Shown here: piece after piece, positions 1 through 8,039 of the stretch | Position numbering within the stretch: position 1 is the stretch's first letter | Layout of the letters: each line of letters opens with the position of its first letter | DNA from: Lachnospiraceae bacterium | GTDB lineage: Bacteria; Bacillota; Clostridia; Lachnospirales; Lachnospiraceae | NCBI GenBank assembly: GCA_017438775.1 | Contig: JAFRUR010000053.1 | Span: 2,812 to 66,811, forward strand | Length of the DNA stretch: 64,000 nt | Direction of reading: 5' to 3' | Notes under the pieces: model-generated | The model's input: the letters and a program-made list of their open reading frames with translations, nothing else | What the model was told of the DNA's origin: nothing | Databases searched by the model: none | Program-made: the position numbers and the translations under genes

Positions 1-156
1 GGAAGGCGGCAGAGTTCTTTTTCATCATTTCTTTGACCTCATGTGACCTGAAGAGGGCACAGGCGGTGCTGGACTGCATCCGGGACAGAAGCAGTCGGGA
101 CGATTGGATTCAACATGCTTTTCGGCAGGGACGTAAACAGGCCGATACGGAAGGAC

Positions 157-237
157 GCAAAAAGGCGCCCCGCGGGGGCGCCTCAAATTCGACCGGTGAC
201 AAAATGTGTACACCAAAAGAAGGCGATCAGCATCGCC
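157..237 (-). terminator. two tandem stem-loop/T-tract terminators forming the expression platform of the cobalamin riboswitch
   Basis: On the minus strand, GGCGAT-gctg-ATCGCC is followed by TTCTTTT (222-237). GGCGCCCC-gc-GGGGCGCC is followed by TTTTT (159-182). Both lie between the riboswitch aptamer and a minus-strand ATG at 28/25. Confidence 0.7.
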
Positions 238-239
238 GT

Positions 240-445
240 CCGGCCGAAAGCACCCGCCGTGCTTTTTCCGTTTCTTGCTTCCGGGGCAGGTCTCCTGGCT
301 CGCGTTCATCCTCCGGCCGCCGTCTTCCCGAATCTCTCCAGTGACGTATGGGCGGCCTTCGTCCCGCATACAGTAGCGGGGGCTGCTGCGGCATCGCACC
401 GCATTCCCTTTTCACCCCTGCGCGTGTGCGCAGAGACACCTCGAA
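240..445 (-). ncRNA. cobalamin (B12) riboswitch aptamer
   Basis: The minus strand reads GGTGAAAAGGGAATGCGGTG...GCAGCAGCCCCCGCTACTGTA...GTCACTGG...GGGAAGACGG...AGCCAGGAGACCTGCC. The last element is the B12 box (285-300 in plus coordinates). Order and spacing of the conserved blocks match the cobalamin riboswitch consensus. Confidence 0.8.
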
Positions 446-459
446 ACCATTCTGGTCCC

Positions 460-488
460 ATTGTATAACGCGCGTGCGGTAAGGTCAA
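460..488 (-). promoter_or_regulatory. sigma-A type promoter driving the cobalamin riboswitch
   Basis: The minus strand has TTGACC (483-488), a 17-nt spacer, then TACAAT (460-465), just upstream of the aptamer. Confidence 0.55.
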
Positions 489-619
489 GTAAACTATGCG
501 GAGAGAAGCATCATCAAAAGAGATTCCCCGTGCCTGCCGAAGAATCGCGGCTGTCTTCGGGAGAGCCGTGCCGGGACTGAAATTCCGGTGGATTCTTGTC
601 ATACTTTTGAAACGCGCCC

Positions 620-649
620 TTGCCCCGCGCTGGCGTTTTGTGGTATGAT
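620..649 (+). promoter_or_regulatory. candidate extended -10 promoter
   Basis: TTGCCC (620-625), an 18-nt spacer, then TGgTATGAT (641-649), upstream of the small membrane ORF. Confidence 0.4.
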
Positions 650-706
650 GCAAACTGGGTGTATAGGGCGCGTCAATTGCGTCCGGGATGCCCGGAGGAA
701 CTCGGA

Positions 707-895
707 ATGGAGATGTTTTCCGTCTCGGCGGCGGGGATACTGCTTCTGCTTTTCATCGTGCTGATGATCGTCGGCGCGGTGAGGCTTCGCCGCGGCAGAA
801 AACGGGCCGTCTACAGCATCTGGATCGGCCTGACCGGAGCCCTGTTTGCCGGCATGTATTTCTTCACCTGGCTGTGGATCTATTACCGCGGGTAA
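707..895 (+). CDS. small hypothetical membrane protein (62 aa, two hydrophobic segments)
   Basis: ATG at 707 is preceded by GGAGGA (694-699). The translation MEMFSVSAAGILLLLFIVLMIVGAV...LTGALFAGMYFFTWLWIYY has two TM-like stretches. I recognise no family. Confidence 0.45.
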   Translation: MEMFSVSAAGILLLLFIVLMIVGAVRLRRGRKRAVYSIWIGLTGALFAGMYFFTWLWIYYRG

Positions 896-1012
896 GGAAG
901 CGGGGAATTGCCAGACGCAGGCCGCGGGAAACTGCGGACCAGTGCCCCGAATCTGATTTCAGACACCAGGCATGGATCTTTCCGAAAGCCCCGGAAGAGA
1001 AAGGAGCTGCGT

Positions 1013-1606
1013 ATGAACGGACGCGACGCGGTGATGACCCGCCGCAGCTGCAGAAAGTATCTGGATAAGCCCGTGGAGCGGGAGAAACTGGAGCTCATCG
1101 TGGAGGCCGGACGCGTGGCCCCTACCGGCAGCAACAGCCAGACGACGCACTTCATCGTCGTGCAGAACAAAGAGGTGCTGGACACCCTGGAGCGCCTCGT
1201 GCAGGAGCAGTTCGCGAAGATGGAAGAGGAGCCCGGCATGTACCGTTCGATGGCAAACGCCATCAAGGTCTCCAAGCAGGGGCGCTACGTCTTCCACAGG
1301 GACCCCGCGGTGCTCATCATCACCGCGAACAGGATCGGCTACGGCAACGCGATGGCGGACTGCGCCTGCGCGCTGGAGAACATGTTCGTCATGGCCAACG
1401 AGCTCGATCTGGGGAGCTGCTACATCAATGCCCTCAAGTGGCTGTCGGAGGACCCGGTCCTCATCGAATACGAAAAGTCCCTGGGCATGGCGGACGACGA
1501 GCGCGTTTTCGGGGCCGCCGCCATCGGCTATCCGGATACCAAAGACGGGCTGCCGCCGCGGAACGATATCCCGCATTCCGGCAACCCCGTGACCTGGGTC
1601 GAATAA
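1013..1606 (+). CDS. nitroreductase family protein
   Basis: The internal ATG at 1013 has AAGGAG 7 nt upstream. The N-terminus RRSCRKYLDKPVEREKLELIVEAGRVAPTGSNSQTTHFIVV is the typical nitroreductase-fold signature. Confidence 0.85.
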   Translation: MNGRDAVMTRRSCRKYLDKPVEREKLELIVEAGRVAPTGSNSQTTHFIVVQNKEVLDTLERLVQEQFAKMEEEPGMYRSMANAIKVSKQGRYVFHRDPAVLIITANRIGYGNAMADCACALENMFVMANELDLGSCYINALKWLSEDPVLIEYEKSLGMADDERVFGAAAIGYPDTKDGLPPRNDIPHSGNPVTWVE

Positions 1607-1678
1607 CTCTGTACTTGCGCTTGTTTTCCCGGTGCGCCTGATGTATACTGTGCGATGGCCTGCGGAAAAGGAGAGATT

Positions 1679-2080
1679 ATGGAGAATAGAGGAGAGAAGG
1701 CCGTCTGGCTCAAGCATAACGGCCACAACTGCTGTCAGGCCGTCCTCGCCGCGTTTGCGGGAGAGGCGGGACTGGAGCCGGAGACCCTGAAGAAACTGGG
1801 GGCCGCATTCGGCACGGGCATGGGCTGCATGGAGGCCACCTGCGGCGCTCTGTGCGGGGCCGAGATGCTTCTGGGGCTTGCGGAGTACCAGGGAGCCCCG
1901 CTGCGCGCCCGCGCGAAGGAGATGTACCGGGTGTTCGAAGAGCGCTGCGGCGCGACCCTCTGCAAGGATCTGAAAGGCGTCGCGACCGGACAGATGCTCT
2001 GTTCCTGTGATGACTGTGTGCGCCACGCGGCCGACATCGCGGAAGAGATGCTCCTTTGGGGCGGGGAAGAGACTGCATGA
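1679..2080 (+). CDS. C_GCAxxG_C_C family (putative redox-active) protein
   Basis: It contains NCCQAVLAAF and GMGCMEATCGALCGA (the C-GCAxxG-C-C pattern). ATG 1679 follows AAAGGAGAG. Confidence 0.8.
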   Translation: MENRGEKAVWLKHNGHNCCQAVLAAFAGEAGLEPETLKKLGAAFGTGMGCMEATCGALCGAEMLLGLAEYQGAPLRARAKEMYRVFEERCGATLCKDLKGVATGQMLCSCDDCVRHAADIAEEMLLWGGEETA

Positions 2081-3915
2081 ACATATTCAACGTACTGACC
2101 CTTCTGGGCGGTCTGGCGATGTTCCTTTACGGCATGCGCCTCATGGGCGATGCCCTGAAGGAGAGTTCGTCCGGCACCCTGAAGAAGGTCATGGAAAAGG
2201 TGACGGACAACCCCGTGAAGGCCTTTATCCTGGGCGTCGCGGTGACAGCCCTGATTCAGAGCTCCACGGCCACCATTGTGATCACCTCCGGCCTTGTGGG
2301 CGCCGGGATCCTGTCGCTGCATCAGGCGCTCGGGATCATCATCGGCGCCAACGTCGGAACAACCGTGACAGGCCAGGTCATCCGCCTGCTGGACCTTGAC
2401 GCCTCCGGGGCGTCCTGGCTCCAGTTCTTCAAGCCCTCCACCCTGGCGCCCATCGCCCTGATCGTGGGTATCGTCCTGATCATGGGCGCCCGGATGCAGA
2501 AGAAGCGCGCGATCGGCAATATCGCCATGGGCTTCGGAATCCTGTTTTCCGGTCTTCTCAACATGACCGGGGCAGTGAATTCCCTGGCGGAGAGCGGCAT
2601 CGTGGAGGAGATCTTTACCGGTCTGGGCAACAACCCCGTTCTGGGTTATCTGGCCGGCGCTGGAATCGCCTTCACGCTGCAGAGTTCCTCGGCCACCATC
2701 GGTATCCTGCAGGCGTTCTCATCGTCGGGGCTGCTGGTCTTTAAGGCCATCTACAGCGTGATCGTCGGCATCTACCTGGGAGACTGCGTGACCACCGCCA
2801 TCGTCTGCTCTATCGGAGCGCGGTCGGAGGCAAAGCGCGTGGGTATCGTCAACATCCTGTTCAACCTGAGCGAGACCGTGCTGGTCCTGGTCGTCGTCAC
2901 CATCGTGCATAAGCTGGGCTTTCTGGAAAGCCTCTGGAACAGCCCCGTAAACTCGGGCATCATTGCGAACACGAACACCATCTTCAACCTGGGCTGTGCC
3001 GTGGCGCTGTTCCCGCTGCTCAACACGTACGAGAAGCTCAGCCGGAAGATCGTGAAGGACGATGCCGACAAGCCCGATCCCTTCCGCGAGAAGGTGGGCG
3101 CCCTTTCGCCCGCGTTCTTCTCCACGCCGGCCCTGGCGCTCGGCAGCTGCTACGACCTGCTTCTCATGATGTTCCGCACCGCGCGTGAAAACATCCGCAG
3201 GAGCTGGGGGCTGATCGACAACTACGATCCGAACGTCTGGCTGGAGATCCAGGACACGGAAGAGGGAATCGACCGCGCGACCGACAGTGTCAGCAAATAC
3301 ATCGTGGAAATACTTCCGCGCCTGAAGGAGAAACAGCACGTCGCCATCGTGACACAGTACCACAAGGTGGCCACGGAGTTTGAGCGTCTGGGCGACCAGG
3401 CCGTCAACATCTCGAAGATGGCGCAGAACCTTTCGGAGCAGGGAACGGAATTCACGCCCACGGCCATGAAGGAACTGGACGTCCTGATTGCGCTTCTCGA
3501 GGAGATCCTGTCCAATGCGGAGCTCTCGTTTGAACGGCGCAACCTGGAGGCGGCCTACCGCATCGAGGCACTCGAGCCAGTGGTGGAAGACGTCATCGAC
3601 GTCCTCAAGAACAACCACCTGCGGCGCATGAGCCTCGGCGAATGCACGGTCTACGCCGATGCCGCCTTCATGAACCTCCTGGTGGACATGAAGAGGATCG
3701 CGGACGTCTGCTCCAACATCGGTATTGCCACCATCATCCGCGTGAGGCCGGAACTGGCCGACCGCGAGCATCACTACTTCGAGGCGCTGCACGGCGGCGA
3801 CGACGAGGCTTTCAACAAAAACTATCAGCAGGCGCATGACGCCTACTTCAGTCAGCTGCGCGGGACTCCCGAGGCAGAAGAGAAACAGGGCGCCGACGAA
3901 GCGCCGCAGGCTTAA
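2077..3915 (+). CDS. Na/Pi cotransporter family protein with C-terminal PhoU-like region
   Basis: MNIFNVLTLLGGLAMFLYGMRLMGDALK...ALIQSSTATIV is present, with a repeated QSSSATIGIL motif. The start overlaps the upstream stop (ATGA). Confidence 0.85.
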   Translation: MNIFNVLTLLGGLAMFLYGMRLMGDALKESSSGTLKKVMEKVTDNPVKAFILGVAVTALIQSSTATIVITSGLVGAGILSLHQALGIIIGANVGTTVTGQVIRLLDLDASGASWLQFFKPSTLAPIALIVGIVLIMGARMQKKRAIGNIAMGFGILFSGLLNMTGAVNSLAESGIVEEIFTGLGNNPVLGYLAGAGIAFTLQSSSATIGILQAFSSSGLLVFKAIYSVIVGIYLGDCVTTAIVCSIGARSEAKRVGIVNILFNLSETVLVLVVVTIVHKLGFLESLWNSPVNSGIIANTNTIFNLGCAVALFPLLNTYEKLSRKIVKDDADKPDPFREKVGALSPAFFSTPALALGSCYDLLLMMFRTARENIRRSWGLIDNYDPNVWLEIQDTEEGIDRATDSVSKYIVEILPRLKEKQHVAIVTQYHKVATEFERLGDQAVNISKMAQNLSEQGTEFTPTAMKELDVLIALLEEILSNAELSFERRNLEAAYRIEALEPVVEDVIDVLKNNHLRRMSLGECTVYADAAFMNLLVDMKRIADVCSNIGIATIIRVRPELADREHHYFEALHGGDDEAFNKNYQQAHDAYFSQLRGTPEAEEKQGADEAPQA

Positions 3916-3930
3916 CGCAGGAGGAGAGAC

Positions 3931-5211
3931 ATGGTCAGAGCGATCGTTGGTGCCAACTGGGGCGACGAGGGAAAAGGTAAGATCACGGATATGCTGGCGG
4001 CGGAATCGGACATCGTTGTCCGCTTCCAGGGCGGCGCGAATGCCGGCCACACCATCATCAACCCGTACGGGAAATTTGCGCTGCATCTGCTTCCGTCGGG
4101 CGTGTTCTATGAGCACGTCACGAGCGTGATCGGCAACGGCGTCGCGCTCAACATCCCCTATCTGATCGAGGAGATCCAGTCCATCGTGGACAAGGGCGTG
4201 CCGCGCCCCCACATCCTGGTCTCCGACCGCGCCCAGATCCTGATGCCGTATCACGTGGATCTGGACACCTATGAGGAAGCCCGCCTGGCCGGCAAGAGCT
4301 TCGGCTCCACCCGTTCCGGCATCGCGCCGTTCTATTCGGACAAGTACGCGAAGATCGGCTTCCAGGTGAGCGAGCTCTTCGGCGACGAGGCCGATCTGCG
4401 CGAGCACGTGGAGAAGGTCTGCCTTCTGAAGAACGTCCTGCTCGAGCACCTCTATCACAAGCCCCTGCTCGATCCCGACGAAATGATGAAGCTTCTCGCG
4501 TCCTACCGCGAGATGATCCGCCCTTACGTCTGCGACGTCTCCGCGTACCTGCACGACGCCCTGAAGGAGGGCCAGCAGGTCCTGCTCGAGGGCCAGCTCG
4601 GTTCCCTGAAGGATCCGGACCACGGCATTTATCCGATGGTCACTTCGTCTCACACGCTGGCCGGCTACGGCGCCATCGGCGCAGGCGTGCCCCCGTATGA
4701 GATCAAGAACGTGACCGTGGTCGTCAAGGCGTACTCCAGCGCTGTCGGCGCGGGCGCCTTCGTGAGCGAGATCTTCGGCGAGGAAGCCCAGGAGCTGCGC
4801 GACCGCGGCGGCGACGGCGGCGAGTACGGCGCCACCACCGGCAGACCGCGCCGCATGGGCTGGTTCGACGCGGTGGCGACGCGCTACGGCGTGCGCGTGC
4901 AGGGCGGCACGGAAGTGGCCCTGACGGTCCTCGATGTCCTCGGCTATCTGGACGAGATCCCGATGTGCGTCGGCTACGATATCGACGGCGTCATCACCCG
5001 CGACTTCCCGCCGACGGCGCGCCTGTCCCACGCGAAGCCCGTCTACAAGATCATGCCCGGCTGGAAGTGCGATATCCGCGGCATCCGCACCTATGAGGAA
5101 CTGCCGCAGGCCTGCCGCGCCTACATCGAGGCCATTGAAGAGGAGATCGGCGTGCCGATCCGCCTCGTTTCCAACGGCCCCGGCAGAGACGACATTATCC
5201 GCAGAGACTGA
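3931..5211 (+). CDS. purA: adenylosuccinate synthase
   Basis: The N-terminus VGANWGDEGKGKITD is the PurA P-loop. The protein is full length at 426 aa. Confidence 0.95.
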   Translation: MVRAIVGANWGDEGKGKITDMLAAESDIVVRFQGGANAGHTIINPYGKFALHLLPSGVFYEHVTSVIGNGVALNIPYLIEEIQSIVDKGVPRPHILVSDRAQILMPYHVDLDTYEEARLAGKSFGSTRSGIAPFYSDKYAKIGFQVSELFGDEADLREHVEKVCLLKNVLLEHLYHKPLLDPDEMMKLLASYREMIRPYVCDVSAYLHDALKEGQQVLLEGQLGSLKDPDHGIYPMVTSSHTLAGYGAIGAGVPPYEIKNVTVVVKAYSSAVGAGAFVSEIFGEEAQELRDRGGDGGEYGATTGRPRRMGWFDAVATRYGVRVQGGTEVALTVLDVLGYLDEIPMCVGYDIDGVITRDFPPTARLSHAKPVYKIMPGWKCDIRGIRTYEELPQACRAYIEAIEEEIGVPIRLVSNGPGRDDIIRRD

Positions 5212-5327
5212 TTTGATTCCGGCTGTCCGCAGGGACATACAGGAATCCGTGTGACAATGTGTTTTCCTGAAATCGTGCCTGCCACTGCGCGGCCAGATTT
5301 CCGGAATGACGAAAGAGAGAGACGGTC

Positions 5328-5954
5328 TTGATCAAAAATATCTTATTCGACATCGGCAACGTCATGGTCGACTACGACTGGCGCGGGAACCTCATTTTCA
5401 ATATCGGTCTGACCCCCGAAGTGACCGATCAGATGGGTGAGGCCCTGTTTCTGAACTCCTTCATGGACGAAGTGGACCGCTCCCTCCTCACGGAGGAGCA
5501 GATCGCGGAAACCATCGTGAAGTCCCGCCCGGAGATCGACCCGCAGGTCATCCGCGAGTGCCTGGCGCGCACGCACGAGGGCCTGAACGAGTATCCCGAG
5601 TCCGCGCCCCTGGTGCGCGACCTGAAGGCGCAGGGCTTCAAAGTTTATTACCTGTCCAACTACGCGACCGACAACTTTGAGATGGCGCTGCGGGACTTTG
5701 CATTTCTCAAAGAGGTGGACGGCGGCGTGGTGTCGTGCGACATCCACGTGGTCAAGCCCGAGCCCGGCATCTACACGACGATTCTTGATCGGTACGGTCT
5801 GAAGGCGGAGGAGTGCCTCTTCTTTGACGACCGTCTGAACAACGTCGAAGCGGCCAAGCGCCTGGGCTTTCACACCTGGCTGGTGGAGACCAAGCCCGCC
5901 ATTGCATCGATCCGCCGCGGCCTGAAGTATTTCGGGATCCAGACCTCCGTGTAA
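5328..5954 (+). CDS. HAD family hydrolase
   Basis: TTG start. The ILFDIGNV motif I (DxG variant) and the C-terminal FFDD motif fit a HAD-IA-like architecture. Confidence 0.75.
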   Translation: MIKNILFDIGNVMVDYDWRGNLIFNIGLTPEVTDQMGEALFLNSFMDEVDRSLLTEEQIAETIVKSRPEIDPQVIRECLARTHEGLNEYPESAPLVRDLKAQGFKVYYLSNYATDNFEMALRDFAFLKEVDGGVVSCDIHVVKPEPGIYTTILDRYGLKAEECLFFDDRLNNVEAAKRLGFHTWLVETKPAIASIRRGLKYFGIQTSV

Positions 5955-6006
5955 AGTGCCTGCCGCTCGAACCGGAGTTTGCCGTGATCCTGCGAGGAGG
6001 ATCGAT

Positions 6007-7263
6007 ATGCCGTCTGAGCAAAAAAAACGATCCACATACGGCGATACGGGGCAGCTTGCGCAGCTGCCCCTGCGTTTATCTGCGTGGTTTGCGGATCACC
6101 GGCGCATGCTCCCGTGGCGGGAGAACGCCGCGCCTTACCGCGTCTGGGTCTCGGAGATCATGCTCCAGCAGACCCGGATCGAGGCGGTGATCCCGCACTT
6201 CGAGGCCTTTCTCTCGCAGTTCCCGGACATCCCGGCCCTGGCCGCGGCCCCGGACGACGCGGTGATGAAGGCCTGGCAGGGGCTGGGCTATTACAGCCGC
6301 GCCCGAAGCCTGAAAAAGGCCGCGCAGGTCTGCGTGGAAACGTACGGCGGGGAGCTTCCGTCCACCTTTGAGGAACTGTCCGCCCTGCCCGGCATCGGCC
6401 CGTACACGGCCGGCGCTGTCGCCTCCATCGCCTTCGGGCGCCCCGTGCCCGCCGTGGACGGCAACGTCCTGCGCGTCGCCGCGCGCCTGTGCGGGAGCGA
6501 AGCCGACGTGATGGAGGAGCGCACGAAAAAAGACTTCTTCGCGATGCTGTCGGACGTCATGCGCGGCCCGGACTTTGCGATGCATCCGGGGGCCTTCAAC
6601 GAGGCCCTGATGGAACTGGGCGAGACCGTCTGCATCCCGAACGGGAGCCCGCTGTGCGCGGACTGTCCCCTGCGGGAGGACTGTATCGCCTGGCGCGAGG
6701 GGCGTCAGGAAGACCTGCCCGTGCGTCTCGGAAAGAAGGCGCGCAGAACGGAAGAGCGGACCGTCTTCGTGATCAGCGCCGGGGACCGGTATCTTCTGCA
6801 CAGACGCCCTGAAACGGGCCTTCTGGCCGGCCTGTACGAGTTCCCGTCCGCGGACGGAACGCTGGGGTGGGAAGAGGCGGTGCGCTTTGTGGAAGATCTT
6901 CTGCGGGGCGGGGAAGCAAAAGACCTGGAGAGTGCAGGAGAGGTCTGCAACAAATCTTCCGCTTCGGCAGACAGCGGTTCCGCATCGAATCGAGGTCACA
7001 ACCGCTGCAGCGGAGCCGCAGCAATTACCGAAGACCAGACGGACGGTTTTGGCTGCGATTTGGAACAGGCGTTTCTGGGCAGCGCAAAGCACGTCTTCTC
7101 CCACGTGGAGTGGCACATGACGGGCTGGCGCGTCGGGCTCCCGGAAAGCGCCGCGCAGGCGCCGCTTCCGGACGGCTATGTCTGGGCGGGTGCGCGTGAG
7201 ATCCGCGAGGTCTACGCCCTGCCGTCGGCGTTTCGCTTCTTTCTTCAGGCGATCGGCGCCTGA
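6007..7263 (+). CDS. mutY: A/G-specific adenine DNA glycosylase
   Basis: LPWRENAAPYRVWVSEIMLQQTRIEAV, GLGYYSRARSL, the HhH-GPD region and the Cys cluster CADCPLREDC are present. ATG 6007 follows GAGGAGGA. Confidence 0.9.
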   Translation: MPSEQKKRSTYGDTGQLAQLPLRLSAWFADHRRMLPWRENAAPYRVWVSEIMLQQTRIEAVIPHFEAFLSQFPDIPALAAAPDDAVMKAWQGLGYYSRARSLKKAAQVCVETYGGELPSTFEELSALPGIGPYTAGAVASIAFGRPVPAVDGNVLRVAARLCGSEADVMEERTKKDFFAMLSDVMRGPDFAMHPGAFNEALMELGETVCIPNGSPLCADCPLREDCIAWREGRQEDLPVRLGKKARRTEERTVFVISAGDRYLLHRRPETGLLAGLYEFPSADGTLGWEEAVRFVEDLLRGGEAKDLESAGEVCNKSSASADSGSASNRGHNRCSGAAAITEDQTDGFGCDLEQAFLGSAKHVFSHVEWHMTGWRVGLPESAAQAPLPDGYVWAGAREIREVYALPSAFRFFLQAIGA

Positions 7264-7415
7264 GGAGCGTCGGGGCGGAGGGCGCTGCCCTGAATTAGTT
7301 TCAGACATACAGGGACGCCCCGGCAGGTATACGGAACATGCGCCAGGAGACATCAGCCATTGTCCCCCGGCAGGCATACCGGACCTGTTTGTACGAAAAA
7401 GTTTTTGTGAGATTT

Positions 7416-7440
7416 GGAATATCCTCTCGAAAACAGCGAC
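7416..7440 (+). promoter_or_regulatory. candidate ECF-type promoter (GGAAT-N16-CGAC)
   Basis: GGAAT (7416-7420) and CGAC (7437-7440) are separated by 16 nt and lie ~40 nt upstream of the sigma-factor start. They resemble the generic ECF -35/-10 pattern. Confidence 0.3.
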
Positions 7441-7481
7441 TTAATGTGTGAAGGCGCTAATGCACCAGCCGGAGGATCAGC

Positions 7482-8039
7482 ATGGAAGACCGGAACATCA
7501 TCGAGCTATACTGGGCCAGAGACGAAAGGGCCATCGCGGAGTCGCAGAACAAGTACGGCGGCCTCTGCACGCATATCGCCCTGCGGTTTCTCGGGGTCCG
7601 CGAGGACGCGGAGGAGTGCCTGAACGACGCTCTGCAGGCGGCCTGGAACGCCATCCCGCCCGAGAGGCCCGAGAAACTGGGCGCGTGGCTCTCACGCGTC
7701 ACCCGGAACCTTGCTGTCAGCCGGTACCGCAGAGACCATGCGGCACGGCGCGGGACCGAGACCGACGTGATGCTCTCGGAGCTGGAGGACTGCATCCCCT
7801 CCGGTGAGAGCGTCGAGGGGGCGGCCGAGGCGGCGGAGCTTTCGCGGACGATCGACGCGTGGCTTCGCACCCTGGACAAAACCGACCGCGTCGCGTTTCT
7901 GCGCAGGTACTACGCGGGCGAGAGCCTGACCGAGGTCGCGGAGGTGGCCGGTCAGACGCCGGCAGCCATGGCCAAGCGCATGTTCCGCCTGCGGGCAGGC
8001 CTTCGCACATTCCTGGAAAAGGAGGGAGTCGCGCTGTGA
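7482..8039 (+). CDS. sigma-70 family (ECF-like) RNA polymerase sigma factor
   Basis: At 185 aa it has region-2-like EDAEECLNDALQAAWNAIPP and region-4 HTH LTEVAEVAGQTPAAMAKRMFRLR. The N-terminal IIELYWARDERAI type is common in Clostridia. Confidence 0.85.
   Translation: MEDRNIIELYWARDERAIAESQNKYGGLCTHIALRFLGVREDAEECLNDALQAAWNAIPPERPEKLGAWLSRVTRNLAVSRYRRDHAARRGTETDVMLSELEDCIPSGESVEGAAEAAELSRTIDAWLRTLDKTDRVAFLRRYYAGESLTEVAEVAGQTPAAMAKRMFRLRAGLRTFLEKEGVAL

Noticed and set aside
1-28. A minus-strand ATG at 28/25 (MMKKNSAAF...) runs off the left edge.
   Set aside because: It is probably the riboswitch-controlled gene, but only ~9 codons are visible. That is too little to call a CDS or a product.
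2719-5238. Very long minus-strand ORFs lie antisense to real genes. Examples are 2719-5238, 15784-17670, 19865-22018, 26341-28644, 32259-34682, 40075-42141, 47420-49432 and 60983-63460.
   Set aside because: They fully overlap strongly recognisable plus-strand genes. Their translations are Arg/Ala/Gly/His/Asp-rich with no recognisable motifs, and they lack RBS context. These are the typical shadow ORFs of a high-GC genome with GC-rich third codon positions.
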